A model generated the notes under the pieces. The model was not told where the DNA came from. It worked only from the letters and a program-made list of their open reading frames with translations, and did no database searches. Below are positions 35,821-48,875 of a stretch of DNA of 64,000 nucleotides, in pieces. This stretch comes from Squalus acanthias (taxonomy: Eukaryota): the NCBI GenBank assembly GCA_030390025.1, contig CM059432.1:79982001-80046000 (forward strand), given 5' to 3'. The position numbers and the translations under genes were made by a program. Position 1 is the first letter of the stretch. The number at the start of each line of letters is the position of its first letter.

Positions 35821-38240
35821 GATTATTAAGGAAGTGGTAACCAGGCACGTAGAAAATTATAATAGGATTAGGCAGAGTCAACATGATTTTAAGAAAGGGA
35901 AATTGTGTTTCACAAATCTATTGGAGCATTTTTGAGGATGTAACTAGCAGGGTAGATAAAGGGATGTTTATTTTTATTTGTTCATGGGATGTGGGCGTCG
36001 CTGGCAAGGCCAGCATTTATTGCCCATCCCTAATTGCCCTCAAGAAGGTGGAGGTAAGCCACCTTCTTGAACTGCTGCAGTCCGTGTGGTGAAGGTATTC
36101 CCACAGTGCTGTTACGGAGGGAGTGCCAGGGTTTTGACCCAGTGACAATGAAGGAACAGCGATATACTTCCAAGTTAGGTTGGTGTGTAACTTGGAGGGG
36201 AACTTGCCTTGTCCTTCTAGGTAGTAGAGGTCGTGAGCTTTGGAGGTGCTGCCGAAGAAGCCTTGGCGAGTTGCTGCAGTGCATCTTGTAGATGGTACAC
36301 ACTGCAGCCATGGTACGCCGGTGGTGGAGGGAGTGAATGTTTAAGGTGGTGGATGGAATGCCAATCAAGTAGGCTGCTTTGTCCTGGATGGTGTTGAGTG
36401 CTGTTGGAGCTGCACTCATCCAGGCAAGTGGAGCGTATTCCACCACACTCCTGACTTGTGCCTTGTAGATGGTGGAAACGCTTTGGGGAGTCAGGAGGTG
36501 AGACATTCGCCGCAGAATACCTAGCCTCTGACCTGCTCTTGTTGCCACAGTATTTATGTGGCTGGTCCAGTTAAGTTTCTGGTCAATGGTGACCCCCCAG
36601 GATGTTGATGATGGGGGATTCGGTGATGATAATGCCACTGAATGTCATGGGGCCGTGGTTAGACTGTCACTTGTTGGAGATAGTCATTGCCTGGCACTTG
36701 TGTGATGCGAATGTTACTTGCCACTTATCAGCCCAAGCCTGAATGTCGTCCAGGTCTTGCTGCATGTGGGCATGGACTGCTTCATTATCTGAGGAGTTGC
36801 GAATGACACTGAACACTGTGCAGTCATCAGCGAACATCCCCACTTCTGACCTTATGATGGAGGGAAGGTCATTGATGAAGCAGCTGAAGATGGTTGTGCC
36901 TAGGAACTCCTGCAGCGATGGCCTGGGGCTGTGATGATTGACCTCCAAACACCACAACCATCTTCCTTTGTGCTAGGAATGACTCCAGCCAGTGGAGAGT
37001 TTTCCCCAATTCCCACTGACTTCAGTTTTACTAGGGATCCTTGATGCCACACTCGGTCAAATGCTGCCTTGATGTTAAGGGCAGTCACTCTCACCTCATC
37101 TCTGGAATTCAGCTCTGATGTAGTATATTTGGATTTTCAAAAGGCGCCACACGAAAGGTTGTTGCACAAGATAAGGGCTTATATTAGCATGGATAGAGGA
37201 CTGGTTAAAGGACCAAAAACAGAAAGTAGGAATAAACAGGTCATTTTCAGGTTGCAGGCTGTTACTAGCATCTGGGGTGCTGCAAGGATCAGTGCTGGGG
37301 CCTCAGCTATTTATAATCCATATTAATTACTTAGATGAAGGGACCGAGTGTAATGTATCCAAGTTCGCTGACAATACAAGGCTAGGTGGAAAAGTAAGCT
37401 GCGAGGAGGACACAAAGAGTCTGCAAAGGGATATAGACAGGTTAAGTGAGTGGGCAATAAGGTGGCAGACGGAGTATAATGTGGGGAATTGTGAGGTTAT
37501 TCACTTTAGAGGGAAGAATAGAAAAACAGAATTTTTTTAAATGCTGAAACTATTAAATGTTGGTGCTCAGAGGAATTTGGGGGTTCTTGTACATGAAACA
37601 AAAAGTTAACATGCAGGTACAGCAAGCAATTAGGAAAGCAAATGGTATGTTGGCCTTTATTGCAAGGGGTTTGGAGTACAAGAGTAAGGAAGTCTTGCTG
37701 CAATTGTACAGGGCTTTGGTGAGATCACACCTGGAGTACTGTGCACAGTTTTGGTCTCCTTATCTGAGGAAGGATATACTTGCCTTAGAGGCAGTGCAAC
37801 GAAGGTTCACTCGATTGATTCCTGGGATGAGAGGATTGTCCTATGAGGAGAGATTGAGTAGACTTGGCCTATACTCTCTGGAGTTTAGAAGATTGAGAGG
37901 TGATCTCATTGAAACATATAAGATTTTGAAAGGGCTTGACAGGGTAGATGCGGAGAGGCTGTTTTCCCTGGCTGGAGAGTCTAGAACATAGTCTCAGGAT
38001 AAGGGGCCGGCCATTTAAGACTGAGATTAAATGAAATTTCTTCACTCAGAGGGTTGTGAAGCTTTGGAATTCTCTACCCCAGAGGGCTGTGGATGCTCGT
38101 CATTAAGTATATTCAAGGAGGAGATCAATAGCTTTTTGGTCTCTAAGGGAATCAAAGGATCGGGCGGGAAAGTGGAGTTGAGTTCGAAGATCAGCCATGA
38201 TCGTATGGCCTTCACTTGCTCCTATTTCTTATGTTCTTCT
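35821..38240 (+). mobile_element. CR1-type LINE split by a nested LINE
   Basis: FEDVTSRVDKG remnant near 35930-35962 continues with DVVYLDFQKA at about 37116; ORFs 37277..37540 and 37557..37991; CR1 tail at about 38220-38240. Confidence 0.9.
35965..37115 (-). mobile_element. Third LINE family (CR1/L2-group RT) nested in a CR1
   Basis: ALNIKAAFDRVWH, MFADDCTVF and IYKAQVRSVVEYAPLAW motifs; gatgt repeated at both junctions. Confidence 0.88.
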
Positions 38241-38572
38241 AAGGATGGGGAAGGATCGTTTACCATGGTCACAGTCATATAGAATGTCATTTGTGATTTT
38301 GATAATATGCTCATGCATTAAAATTAGTTTTATAAAAAATTGCTATAACCATTTGGAATTCATCAATTCTTCCATTATATTGCAATGGTACATATGCACA
38401 TCTTTTGCTCATTACACTTCAGGTAGCACTGGTAAATTTGTTCCCCTCACATACCACAATCACAGAAATAAATAAATGCATGTAACATAATGTAGCTACA
38501 AAAATAAGCAAGCCCTTGCATTTGGATAGTTTTTCATGCGCAAGTTATCTGTGACGTTCTAGTGAGCAACTA

Positions 38573-38821
<249 letters not shown>

Positions 38822-41182
38822 CTAAACAGAGAAGGGGGGGAAAACGATAAAATAAACATTATTTCCATGAAGGCCATTTGATAATAGTATTAAAATCACA
38901 AAAGGTATTTTAGATACAAGAACATAAAGTCTAAAAAAGGCCGATCAGCCCATCAAGCCCACTTCATCCAGACTCTTAGATTATTTTAGTTTGGGTTTCT
39001 TCTTCCCCGCTCCCCCCATACCCCCTGCCCCAACCCCCACTACTATCACGATGAGGGCAAAAGGTTTATACTACAGTCACTAAAATCATACACAGCATTT
39101 AGAGGTAGCTGTTCATTTACAAAATAGTAGCCACATTTAAGAACGTGCAGCAGGGCACTGTATTCACAAGCAGACTTAGGTTAATTACATGGCCCTTATT
39201 ATTGTTAAAGCAAAATGGATCATCTACTAAATTTAAATTACCCAATCTGAATAACCCATGTTAAATTGCTGTTCTTTTTCTGGGTCCGAAACAGAGTAAA
39301 TCTGTTGGCAATAGATGTTGATACAAATAAAGTCCAAAACAAAACTGTTACAACTACCTATTTCATGTGGAAATTAAGTCTTAATTGACAGAAAATGTAA
39401 CAAACTCACAAGTAATAGTCATTTAATTCATTTTTTTTTATCTTGACCATTGTCATGCCAAAATTTGCTGTTTGTCTAACAACTGCATGATCATTATTGT
39501 GTATACATTGTTAATTCTAGTATGGAATTTATACAATAAAAAGCTTATTTTCTATGATGACTTGTTCCTTCCATGTAGAAACTGTGTCATTTTTCCTCCC
39601 AGTGTGTCAGCTTTATTGCTACCCTTTTTTAAAAAAACCTTGCTGCTTTTGAAACTATCTCCATCTTGCAGGGAAGGAGAAATAGGAATACATAATTCGG
39701 TAATCAATGGAAATAATTCACTGAGTATACAAGAGGAATGGTTAGGGCAGTGTGAATAATGACCACAAGCATAAATTATAAAATTTAAAATAAAGTCCAA
39801 TGTGATGGTCTAACACTTTCAAAGAGGTATATGATAAGCCCAATCACTAGAAGCAATTACCAGACAAGTTCTGCCATTTGTTTCCTGAGCACATTACCAA
39901 AAGCCTACCTCGACCTTAGAGCAAGCTGTGGGGCTTTCAGACTTGCCCACGAGAATGATCTAAGATACGAGAGCTGAAATAATTAAGGCAAGAAGTTTGG
40001 AAAAGACCCAAAAACATGAGGATCTAAAAAGGAAAACAAAATTCTATATTTTATAAAATAATGAAAATTCAGTTTTCTGAACATGATTAGGAAGAAACAT
40101 TGTTAAAACGATCCAAAGTTTTGCAATTGGACCATGGTCATGTCACACCAGTGTCCACAAGAACTAAATAACATTCTGTTTAGCCAAGTGATTGATATTG
40201 AAGGCAACCTCATATACAAGGTGAAGCAACCAGAACAGCTAATTTTAATTGCATGGTGGTAAATGCGGGCATGACTTTTCATTAATGAAGAGTATGGATC
40301 AGAAAGTTTTTATTTTTATTTTTAAAAATGAAGCTAATTTCATCAAGATACCATTTCTTGTACACAAGAAGCTCATTGTTTCTCAGCTGCCTTGAAAATA
40401 AGACAACTCACAATTGTTTAAAAAGACCACATATGGAGCACTTGATTGTGACTTGCAAATTCATTCTATTGCATTCCCTTGTGCAATATTGTAGTGCATC
40501 CTATTCAATGAAAAAAAAATCAGTCTCTAAAGAGTCTTCCTCAAGGGTTGTAGTTTCCCCAAGAAATGATGAGACAATAAGCCATTGGTAAGTTATGTTA
40601 AAATAATGCACAGAAAGAGGTCAAAGACGTCAAGCCATTTTTGGTTTTGTTCACTTGCAAGTCAGTTATGCTACTTGCACCCTCAATGGTAGTAGGAGAT
40701 GGAAATTACTAGAACTATTGCTATTCAGTACAATTTGTGGGCAACACAGCTGTATTGTTACTATTGCAACATTTTTGTAATGGATTGTTACCGGTCGACT
40801 CATGGAAACATTAAAACCAAATTAGCCCAATGAGTGCTAACGCTACACAACTCTCAAAGAACTCATCAAAAAAATTTATGCAGGTGCAGCACAGAAGTCA
40901 ATCATTATAACTCAGCTGTTGTAGATGCCACAAGACCACAGTGCCACACTCTTCTCCACTCACATCAATCTGTTCATTGTCATTCTTCCATTCAAGATTT
41001 TCCATTCAGCTCCACCATCTTTCCTAACTGGGACTTATTCCATCAATTTTGCAGGTTACTGATTCTCAACCACTCAACATGTGCCATGCCCATCACAATC
41101 TTCCCACAACAACGCCCTGTTAATTAATGCGGAAGAGTGATTTGCATGAAGTAAGCGTTGGTCACTACTATTTAAACTGATA

Positions 41183-41277
41183 AGTCGCACAACACCAGGT
41201 TATAGTCCAACAGTTTTATTTGAAATCACAAGCTTTCGGAGCTGCTGCCCCTTCGTCAGGTGAAGTGACGAAGGGGC
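41183..41277 (-). mobile_element. 95-bp Penelope-like insertion with a 13-bp TSD and a terminal inversion
   Basis: TSD atttaaactgata at 41170-41182 and 41278-41290; hairpin tgccccttcgtca-ggtgaag-tgacgaaggggca. Confidence 0.78.
41226..41262 (-). ncRNA. Minimal type I hammerhead ribozyme motif (second family)
   Basis: Minus strand UCAC-CUGACGA-A-GGGGC(AGCA)GCUCC-GAAA-GCUU-GUGA; palindromic AAGCUU stem III. Confidence 0.75.
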
Positions 41278-41954
41278 ATTTAAACTGATATCCAAGATCC
41301 TCCTTTCACAGCACATTTTAAAAGCATCCAATCTGATTCTGTGCCTTCATTGGGATCCAGGGAGCAGCACCACACAAACATAGCACTTAAACACTTTTTC
41401 CAGTTCACACTGCATGCCTCTCCACCTCTACAGTGCACTCCAAAATACTTTCAACCAGAGCAATGTCCTGATCACATCAAATGTATGTAAAAAAGGGAAA
41501 AAAACACAAATATAGAAAATTAAATCAAAGACAGGAATTTAAATTGACATAAAAACAGAAAATGCCAGAAATATACAGAAGTATGTTTGCATCTTTACAG
41601 ATGGTGGCAAATCTTCTGGTTCTCAGCATTTCCTACTTAATAAAAAAAGTTTTTCCCCCTTACTTTCTCACAAGAATACCAGGATTAACTGACACAAATA
41701 ATAGAAGTATTAAACTTCCTAAGAGTTCTAACATTTTACATCCTTGAAGAAACATTTTAAATTTACTCCAAAGATGTGAATGATTAATTTGACTACAAAG
41801 CAATCTGATCATTTACAGCATTGAAAAAAAACACTTTAGTAGATATCCCATGGCATTCTTACAGGTAGTCCGGGAGCTAGAGTGCTATAATATAGCAAAT
41901 CTACTGAAGCAATACATCTAATGGCTGACTTGACATAAAATCATTACTTTTTAA

Positions 41955-43362
41955 AAATTTGTTTATGGGATGTGAGCGTCGCTGGCAATGCCAGCATTTA
42001 TTACCCATCCCTAATTGCCCTCGAGAAGGTGGTGGTGAGCCACCTTCTTGAACCGCTGCAGTCTGTGTGGTGAAGGTACTCCCACAGTGCTGTTAGGGAG
42101 GGAGTTCCAGGATTTTGCCCCAGCGATGATGAAGGATCGGCGATATACTTCTAAGTCAGGACGGTGTGTGACTTGGAGGGGAACTTGCAGGTGATGGTGT
42201 TCCCATGCTCCTGCTGCCCTTGTCCTTCTAGGTGGAAGAGGTCGCAGGTTTGGGAGGTGCTGCCAAAGAAACCTTGGCGAGTTGCTGCAGTGCATCTTGT
42301 AGATGGTGCACACTGCAGCCACGGTACGCCGGCGGTGGAGGGAGTGAATGTTTAAGGTGGTGGATGGGGTGCCAATCAAGCGGGCTGCTTTGTCCTGGAT
42401 GGTGTTGAGCTTCTTGAGTGTTGTTGCAGCTGCACTCATCCAGGCAAGTGGAGAGTATTCCATCACACTCCTTACTTGTGCCTTGTAGATGGTGGAAAGA
42501 CTTTGGGAAGTCAGGAGGTGAGACACTTGCTGCAGAATACTTAGCCTCTGACCTGCTCTTGTTTCTACAGTATTTGTGTGGCTGGTCCAGTTAAGTTTCT
42601 GGTCAATGGTGACCCCCCAGGATGTTGATGGTGGGGGATTCGGCGATGGTAATGCCGTTGAATGTCATGGGGCGGTGGTTAGACTCTCGCTCGTTGGAGA
42701 TAGTCATTGCCTGGCACTTCTGTGGCGCGAATGTTAACTGCCACTTATCAGCCCAGGCTTGAACATCGTCCAGGTCTTGTTGCATGCGGGCATGGACTGC
42801 TTCATTATCCGAGGAGTTGTGAATGGCGCTGAACACTGTGCAGTCATCAGCGAACATCCCCATTTCTGACCTTATGTTGGAGGGAAGGTCATTGATGAAG
42901 CAGCTGAAGATGGTTGGGCCTATGACACTGCCCTGAGGAACTCCTGGGGCTGTGATGATTGACCTTCAACCACCACAATCATCTTCCTTTGGGCTAGGTA
43001 TGACTCCAGCCAGTGGAGAGTTTCCCCCCCCCCCCCCCCGAATTCCCATTGACTTCAATTTTACGAGGGCTCCTTCATGCCACACTCGGTCAACTGCTGC
43101 CTTGATGTCAAGGGCAGTCACTCTCACCTCACCTCTGGAATTCAGCTCCTTTGTCCATGTTTAGACCAAGGCTAAAATGAGGTCGGGAGCAGAGTGGTCT
43201 TAGCGGAACTCAAACTGATCATCAGTGAGCAGGTTATTGGTGAGTAAGTGCCACTTGATAGCACTGTTGATGACACCGTCCATCACTTTGCTGATGATTG
43301 AGTGTAGACTGATGGGGCGGTAATTGGCCGGATTGGATTTGTACTGCTTTTTGTGGACAGGA
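41955..43362 (-). mobile_element. Third LINE family copy (RT and C-terminus)
   Basis: ORFs 42011..42526 and 42603..42863; very similar to 35965-37115. Confidence 0.9.
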
Positions 43363-45300
43363 CTCTGTGGCTCTCTCTAATCAGCTGAAATTTCTCTAAG
43401 TGCTCAGTCCTTAATTATAGATTCCAATAACTTCCCCACAACAGATGTTGGACTAACAGGTCTATAATTTCCTGGTTTCTCGCTCTCACCTTTCTCACAT
43501 TTGCAATTTTCCAATCTAAAAGGGACAATTCCTGAATTGAGCGTGCTTTGGAAGATTATGGCTGAAGCATCTGCAATTTCCTCACCTACTTCCTTTAAAA
43601 CTCTGGGGTGGAAACCATCAGGTTCTAGGAATTTGTCAGCCTTTAGTGCCATTATTTTTTCGAATACTGTTTTCTTGCTTCCGTTAACTTTAGTGAGTTC
43701 CAGTCATTGGGCCAAAAATTCGGCACTTGCCGGGTGAGTACGCACTGTGTACTCACCCGTAAGGCCTCCTGAAGTGCCGGTTTCCTGCATGCGCAGGAAA
43801 CTGGAACTTCTGGTCTCATGAAGGGAGGGGTTGAGAGGTGAACCGCGTGCGCGGGAGAGGCTGCGCGCACGCAGCGAACTTAGGTTTTTTTCAGGTTTCT
43901 CCGGGAAGGTAAGTATGGAAGAAGCTGCGCTTTTAAAAAGGAGGCGCAAGACCCGTTTTTAACAAGGTAACTGGTTAATTAATTACAATTTAAAAATTTT
44001 CTCAACAGGTTTATCTTTTTTAGATACTTTAAAGAAAGGTAAGTTTATTTTTAGCACTGTTAAAAAGTACAGTATTTTAATTTTTTCAAAAATTTTGATT
44101 TTTGTTTAAAGTAGTTAATTTATTTAACTTAGTTATTTTAAAAATGTGATGGTTTTTTAAAAAAAAAATTATTTGAAGTTTAGGTGTTTTGGGGCCGATT
44201 TCAATTCATAGATTTGACAGGTCCTCCTGTCAAATCTATGAATGAAAGATGGTCTGCTGCCATTGGCTCTCCATGGCCCACGTGATCCCAGGGGACGCAT
44301 CGCACTAACTACGCCCCTGGGATACACAAGCACTGCGCGCCGGCAGCTGCAGGAGGCCCAGGAGCTGAAGTCCCAGTGGGCCCAGAGGTCAACGGCAGGC
44401 GCGGTAGGTAGGTGCGCGCGGGATCCTTGCACCCGCGGGAAGCCAGGGAGCCTAATTTCTGGGCCATAGATTCATTATTAATTTCCCTGGAATGTCAGGT
44501 ATATTATCCTCTTCCTCTACTGCAAAGACTGACACAAAGTAATTATTCAACAAGTCTGTTGTTTCCTTATTTTCATTTTCGATATTACTGCCATCGTTTT
44601 TAAAGGGCCCACAATACCCTTGACGACCCATTTTCTTCTAATATAATTGTAAAAACTGTGTGTTAATCTTGATATCCCTTGCAAGTTTCTTTTCATATTC
44701 CCTTTTTGCAGCACTTACTATCTTTTTTGTCTTCCTTTGCTGTTCTACATTATCTCTGCCAGTCCCCTGGATTTACACTGTTCTTTGCACTTTTATATGC
44801 TCTTTCCTTTAGTTTTATGTTGTCTCTCACCTCTTTTGTCGACCATGGCTGTTTTATTTGGTAAGTAGAGCTCTTTCCCCTTAGGGGTATATATTGGTCT
44901 GTATTAAGCTAAATTCTTTTTTGAACACCTCCCACTGTTCATCTGTAGTTTTACCCTATAATAGTACTGACCAGTTTGCTGTCGTCAGTCTCTGTCACAT
45001 CCCGTTAAAGTTAGCAAAATCTAGAATTTTAGTAACTATGTTAAGTTTCTCCTAACATTGAATTAGATCATATTATGATCACTGTTAGATAAATATTCCC
45101 TTACTGTTAGATTAACTAAGTCTGGCTCATTAATCATTACTAAATCTAGTATGGCCAGCCCTCTTGTTGGTTCTAGAACACATTGCTCCAGAAAACTATC
45201 CTGAATGCACTCAAGAAATTCACTACCTTCCTGACTTGAGCTACTCTGCTCTTCCCAATCTATGTAAAAATTAAAGTCTCCCATTCGAACAATTGCCATT
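43363..45300 (-). mobile_element. CR1-type LINE internal portion (endonuclease to RT linker), split by a MITE
   Basis: MGDFNF..IDW...FLECIQDSFLEQ...SDHNMI (45063..45320) and LKADK..PDGFHPRVLKE...NYRPVS (43404..43652). Confidence 0.85.
43709..44465. mobile_element. Harbinger-like MITE (related to family A)
   Basis: TIRs gggccaaaaattcggc / gcctaatttctgggcc; flanks att/ata; shares aaggtaagtttatttttagc and gcccctgggatac with family A. Confidence 0.72.
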
Positions 45301-45724
45301 GCTTTTGCTGCAAGCCTCAAGTTATTTACATGACTCGGAACAATATTTTTTCCTCCTTACTTTCAATGGTGGATTGTAGTTGTTGATAAAGTCGACATTG
45401 GCGTTGCACTGACCAGGGAGGTTTTTCCATCGTCAAGTCTCCAATAACCAGCACCTGAATACATGGTCATATGCCATGGTACTAGCTTGGCTGACTGAGT
45501 GACTCCAGCTGCATCGTCCAGCTAACGTCAGCATCAAACTGCCTCATCAACATCCCCCTCACTGACACAAAAAAACTTAATCCCATTAGCTCAAAATGTT
45601 TATTTAGTGGCTTCAACTGCATAAAATACTGATTTTTTTCATTTTTTATGTTTTTTTAATTCATGCCTCAAAGTTGCTCTTTGTAAATGTTCTGCCCCCT
45701 GGTTGTTTGAGCACAACAAACAAG

Positions 45725-46462
45725 GGGCTGGATTTTCCGACCCCCACGGGTGTGTTAGCACCCATAGGGGCCGCGCAAGTGCTGGTTTCAGGCATGCGAG
45801 GCGCATGCGCTGAAAACCAGCACTTGCGATGTCAAGAATTCTCTTGACAGATCATCCGCATGCCCGAGAAAAGTGCCTCTGCGAGACATCTTCCGCCCGC
45901 TGAATGACTGTCAAATTCTTGCGCCTGGTAAAAGCAGGCGTAAGGCCTGCTTTTACCAGCTTAAGAGTTTAAAAAAAATAAAAAAATAAAATTTGGTAAT
46001 TCATTTATAAATTAAAAAGACTCTTCAAAAGGGTAAGTTTATTTTTAGCCCCGTAAAAACATTTAAGTTTTTTTTTAATTAAATTTGTCTAAAATATTCA
46101 ATTAAATGGCATTTTAATTAATTTTAAATAGGTAATTAAAAAATTATTATTTTTTTTTTTTTAAATGTTTGTGTATTTTTAAATGTGATCCCCATTCATA
46201 CTTTTGACAGTTCTGTGCGTACAGAACTGTCAAAAGTATGAAGGGGGATTCCTTTCTTTCATTGGTTCGCCTGGCCCACGTGATCCAGGCGCGCTTGTGG
46301 ACCGCATGCGCCCCTGGGATACGTGGGCCTCTGCGTATTTCGAAGAGGAGAGGCCCAGGATCGCAAGCCTCGGGATCTACGGAACCAGCAGATAAGTTTG
46401 TATATTTTTTTATAATCAGAAGCATCCGCCCGCAGGAAGTCTCCGATCGGAAATTCAGGGCC
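45725..46462. mobile_element. Harbinger-like MITE (family A)
   Basis: TIRs gggctggattttccga / tcggaaattcagggcc; perfect TSD AAG. Confidence 0.82.
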
Positions 46463-47500
46463 AAGGTGAAAAGTAAAACTCCCATATTGCACCTCAGTAT
46501 TTTTTCACAGCAGCGGGAAATCCCCAGCACTCAGGCCAGGTCAAGTTTTCAACTCAAGCCCCAGGCTCTGGACAGGAGCCCAGGTCCATGTGAAGGGAAA
46601 CGTTATGCTAGCATTTCTAACTTTGAAATCAAATTTTATAGGAAATGGGTATTTGTCAGAACCGTGTAATTTTTTATGCATTTCTTAAATTAGAAGTACT
46701 GTTCGCTGTGTACATTGATGTGAATAAAGAAAGAAAATTATGGCTGAAATCAGATTAAATAAATTATTTGAGCGAATGGTATCTTTCAGAGAAAAAAACG
46801 GAGTAATTTGATACCTCAGCTTTCTGCTGGTTACTTGTTCCTCGTTGGTACTTTCTGGTTGAACATGTAGCCATATTTGGTAACTTAAATAAGTGGTTAT
46901 TTGAGCCAATGATGACTCCCCCCCCCCCCCCAAGTACATGTGACACCAGAGGCTACACACTCAGTTGTGATTCCTCTGGATATATGACACAAAACAGACA
47001 CTCTAGATGCAAAATGTGAAAATCTATGCTACTTCAGTCTATTTGTCACAATTAAAATGCTTGTTTTGGACAGTGTTTATACTGTTATTGATATGCTTAC
47101 TCATCACTTACTCTTCTGACATGACCAATACCCTCCTTTGCCATCCTAACGCTCAAATCTGTCGAGACCAAGTTCTCATTTATTGACACCACCAATACAA
47201 ACACTGTAAACTACTTTCTAATCTTTTAAAATGTAATCTAACTTTGTTTTTCTTTTACTTGTACTGTCTCTTTAAGCCTGCTTTAATTTCCTTAATTCAT
47301 ATGCAGAATGCCTACTCTAGAGGCACCATTGTTATTTAATTAATCCACCCAAACTTTTGGATACAATGCGATTCTTTTCTTTAAAAAATTAATCTATGCC
47401 TGCTGATACAATGCAATTCTCATTTTTAGGTAATTAGTTTGCAGGAGGCAAGCCTGCCAAATTAATGAAATTAACATCTTTTAAAGAATCTGACAGCTAC

Positions 47501-48033
47501 AATAAAAACAGAAAATGCTGGAAATACTCAGCAGGTCAGGCAGCATCTGTGGAGAGAGAAACAGAGTTAATGTTTCAGGTCAACGACCTTTTGTCAGAAC
47601 TGGAAAAAGTTAGAGATATAGCAGGTTTTAAGCAAGTGCAGAGGCAGGGGGGGGGCTGAGGGGAGGAAAGAACAAAAGGGAAGGTCTGTGATAGGGTGGA
47701 AGGTAGGAGAGATTAAATGACAAAAGGTATGCGAGTTTTGGTAGATACCTGATCAAACATGAGAAGGGAAACAGAAAGCAATGAAGATGAACAAGGTAAA
47801 TGAGACAAACGGAAATCCCGTCAGAGAGAGGAGCAAAACTCCTTCAAGGTGGGCATTCCAGGAAGAGAAGTGGCAGTGAATTAAACACTCATACAAAAGC
47901 AAAATACTGTGGATGCTGGAAAACTGAAATAAGAACAGAAAATGCTGGAAATACTCAGCTGGTCAGGGAGCATCTGTGGAGAGAGAAACAGAGTTAACAT
48001 TTCAGGTCGATGACCTTTCGTCAGAACTGGAAA
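47501..48033 (-). mobile_element. Two direct Penelope-like terminal repeats (about 47501-47730 and 47895-48033) with hammerhead motifs
   Basis: Both resemble 3339-3471. Hammerhead motifs at 47565-47601 (degenerate CUGACAA) and 47992-48028 (core intact, stem III AUGUU). Confidence 0.78.
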
Positions 48034-48850
48034 TGTAAAACAAAAACCATGAACACATTAGAGTTATTAAAGTTGCACAAGTTATTTTCCTACTTTTTGT
48101 CAGTTTGTCATTGCAGTTATATCTTCAATTGCCCACTGATTTAAAGAGTTACATAATCATATTTGTATGCAGGTGAGATAATATTAAACCAATACAGGGG
48201 TTAACTCCTCATACGTAATGTAATGGGAGATCCACTAATACATAATTAAAAGTCTTGCATTTAGTATATGTCCATAGCATCACATCTTTCAAAGGCATCA
48301 TAACTGAAACTGTGATCTCAGAAGCGTCCCATCTCTAAAATGTCACAGGGCAAAAGAAATATTGATTGGCTTAAATAATCACCATTGATGCAGTTATGCA
48401 TGTTGACTGGCTCAAATATTGCACTGGCTAAACACAAAACTATCAAATACCAGTTCTACTTAGCGGACATACAATCAGCAATGCGCAATCACACAAAACC
48501 ACATATCGAAGTTGCTTAATATTTTTTCAAACCAAGCAAACTAGAACCAGCAACTACCACAAAGAAGCCAATCAAATTGTTCAAATAATTTCATCAGAGT
48601 TTTCGGCCCCCTTCATCTTCACTCACTTCAATGTAATTGATAACAATAACATTTAAAGTAAAATAAAGACTAAAATGAAGAAAACCACTACATTTATTCA
48701 TAAAATTGCTCATTTAATGATAAAATTGGCTGCAAGAAGATTCTCCTGCATAGGCCACTATGATTTTTTGGATTGTTCTTGAGGGGATTGATGTTTGCAC
48801 TAGGTCCAGAGGAGGACATTTGAGGCAATCCACTTGGGAATTGCTGTCAA

Positions 48851-48875
48851 GGGGGGGGGGGGGGGGGGGGGGGGG
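48851..48875 (+). repeat. Poly-G tract (25 nt)
   Basis: Read directly from the sequence. Confidence 0.95.

Noticed and set aside
39840..40300. Possible additional DIRS recombinase remnant
   Set aside because: Only isolated 3-4 residue matches needing several frameshifts; not distinguishable from chance.
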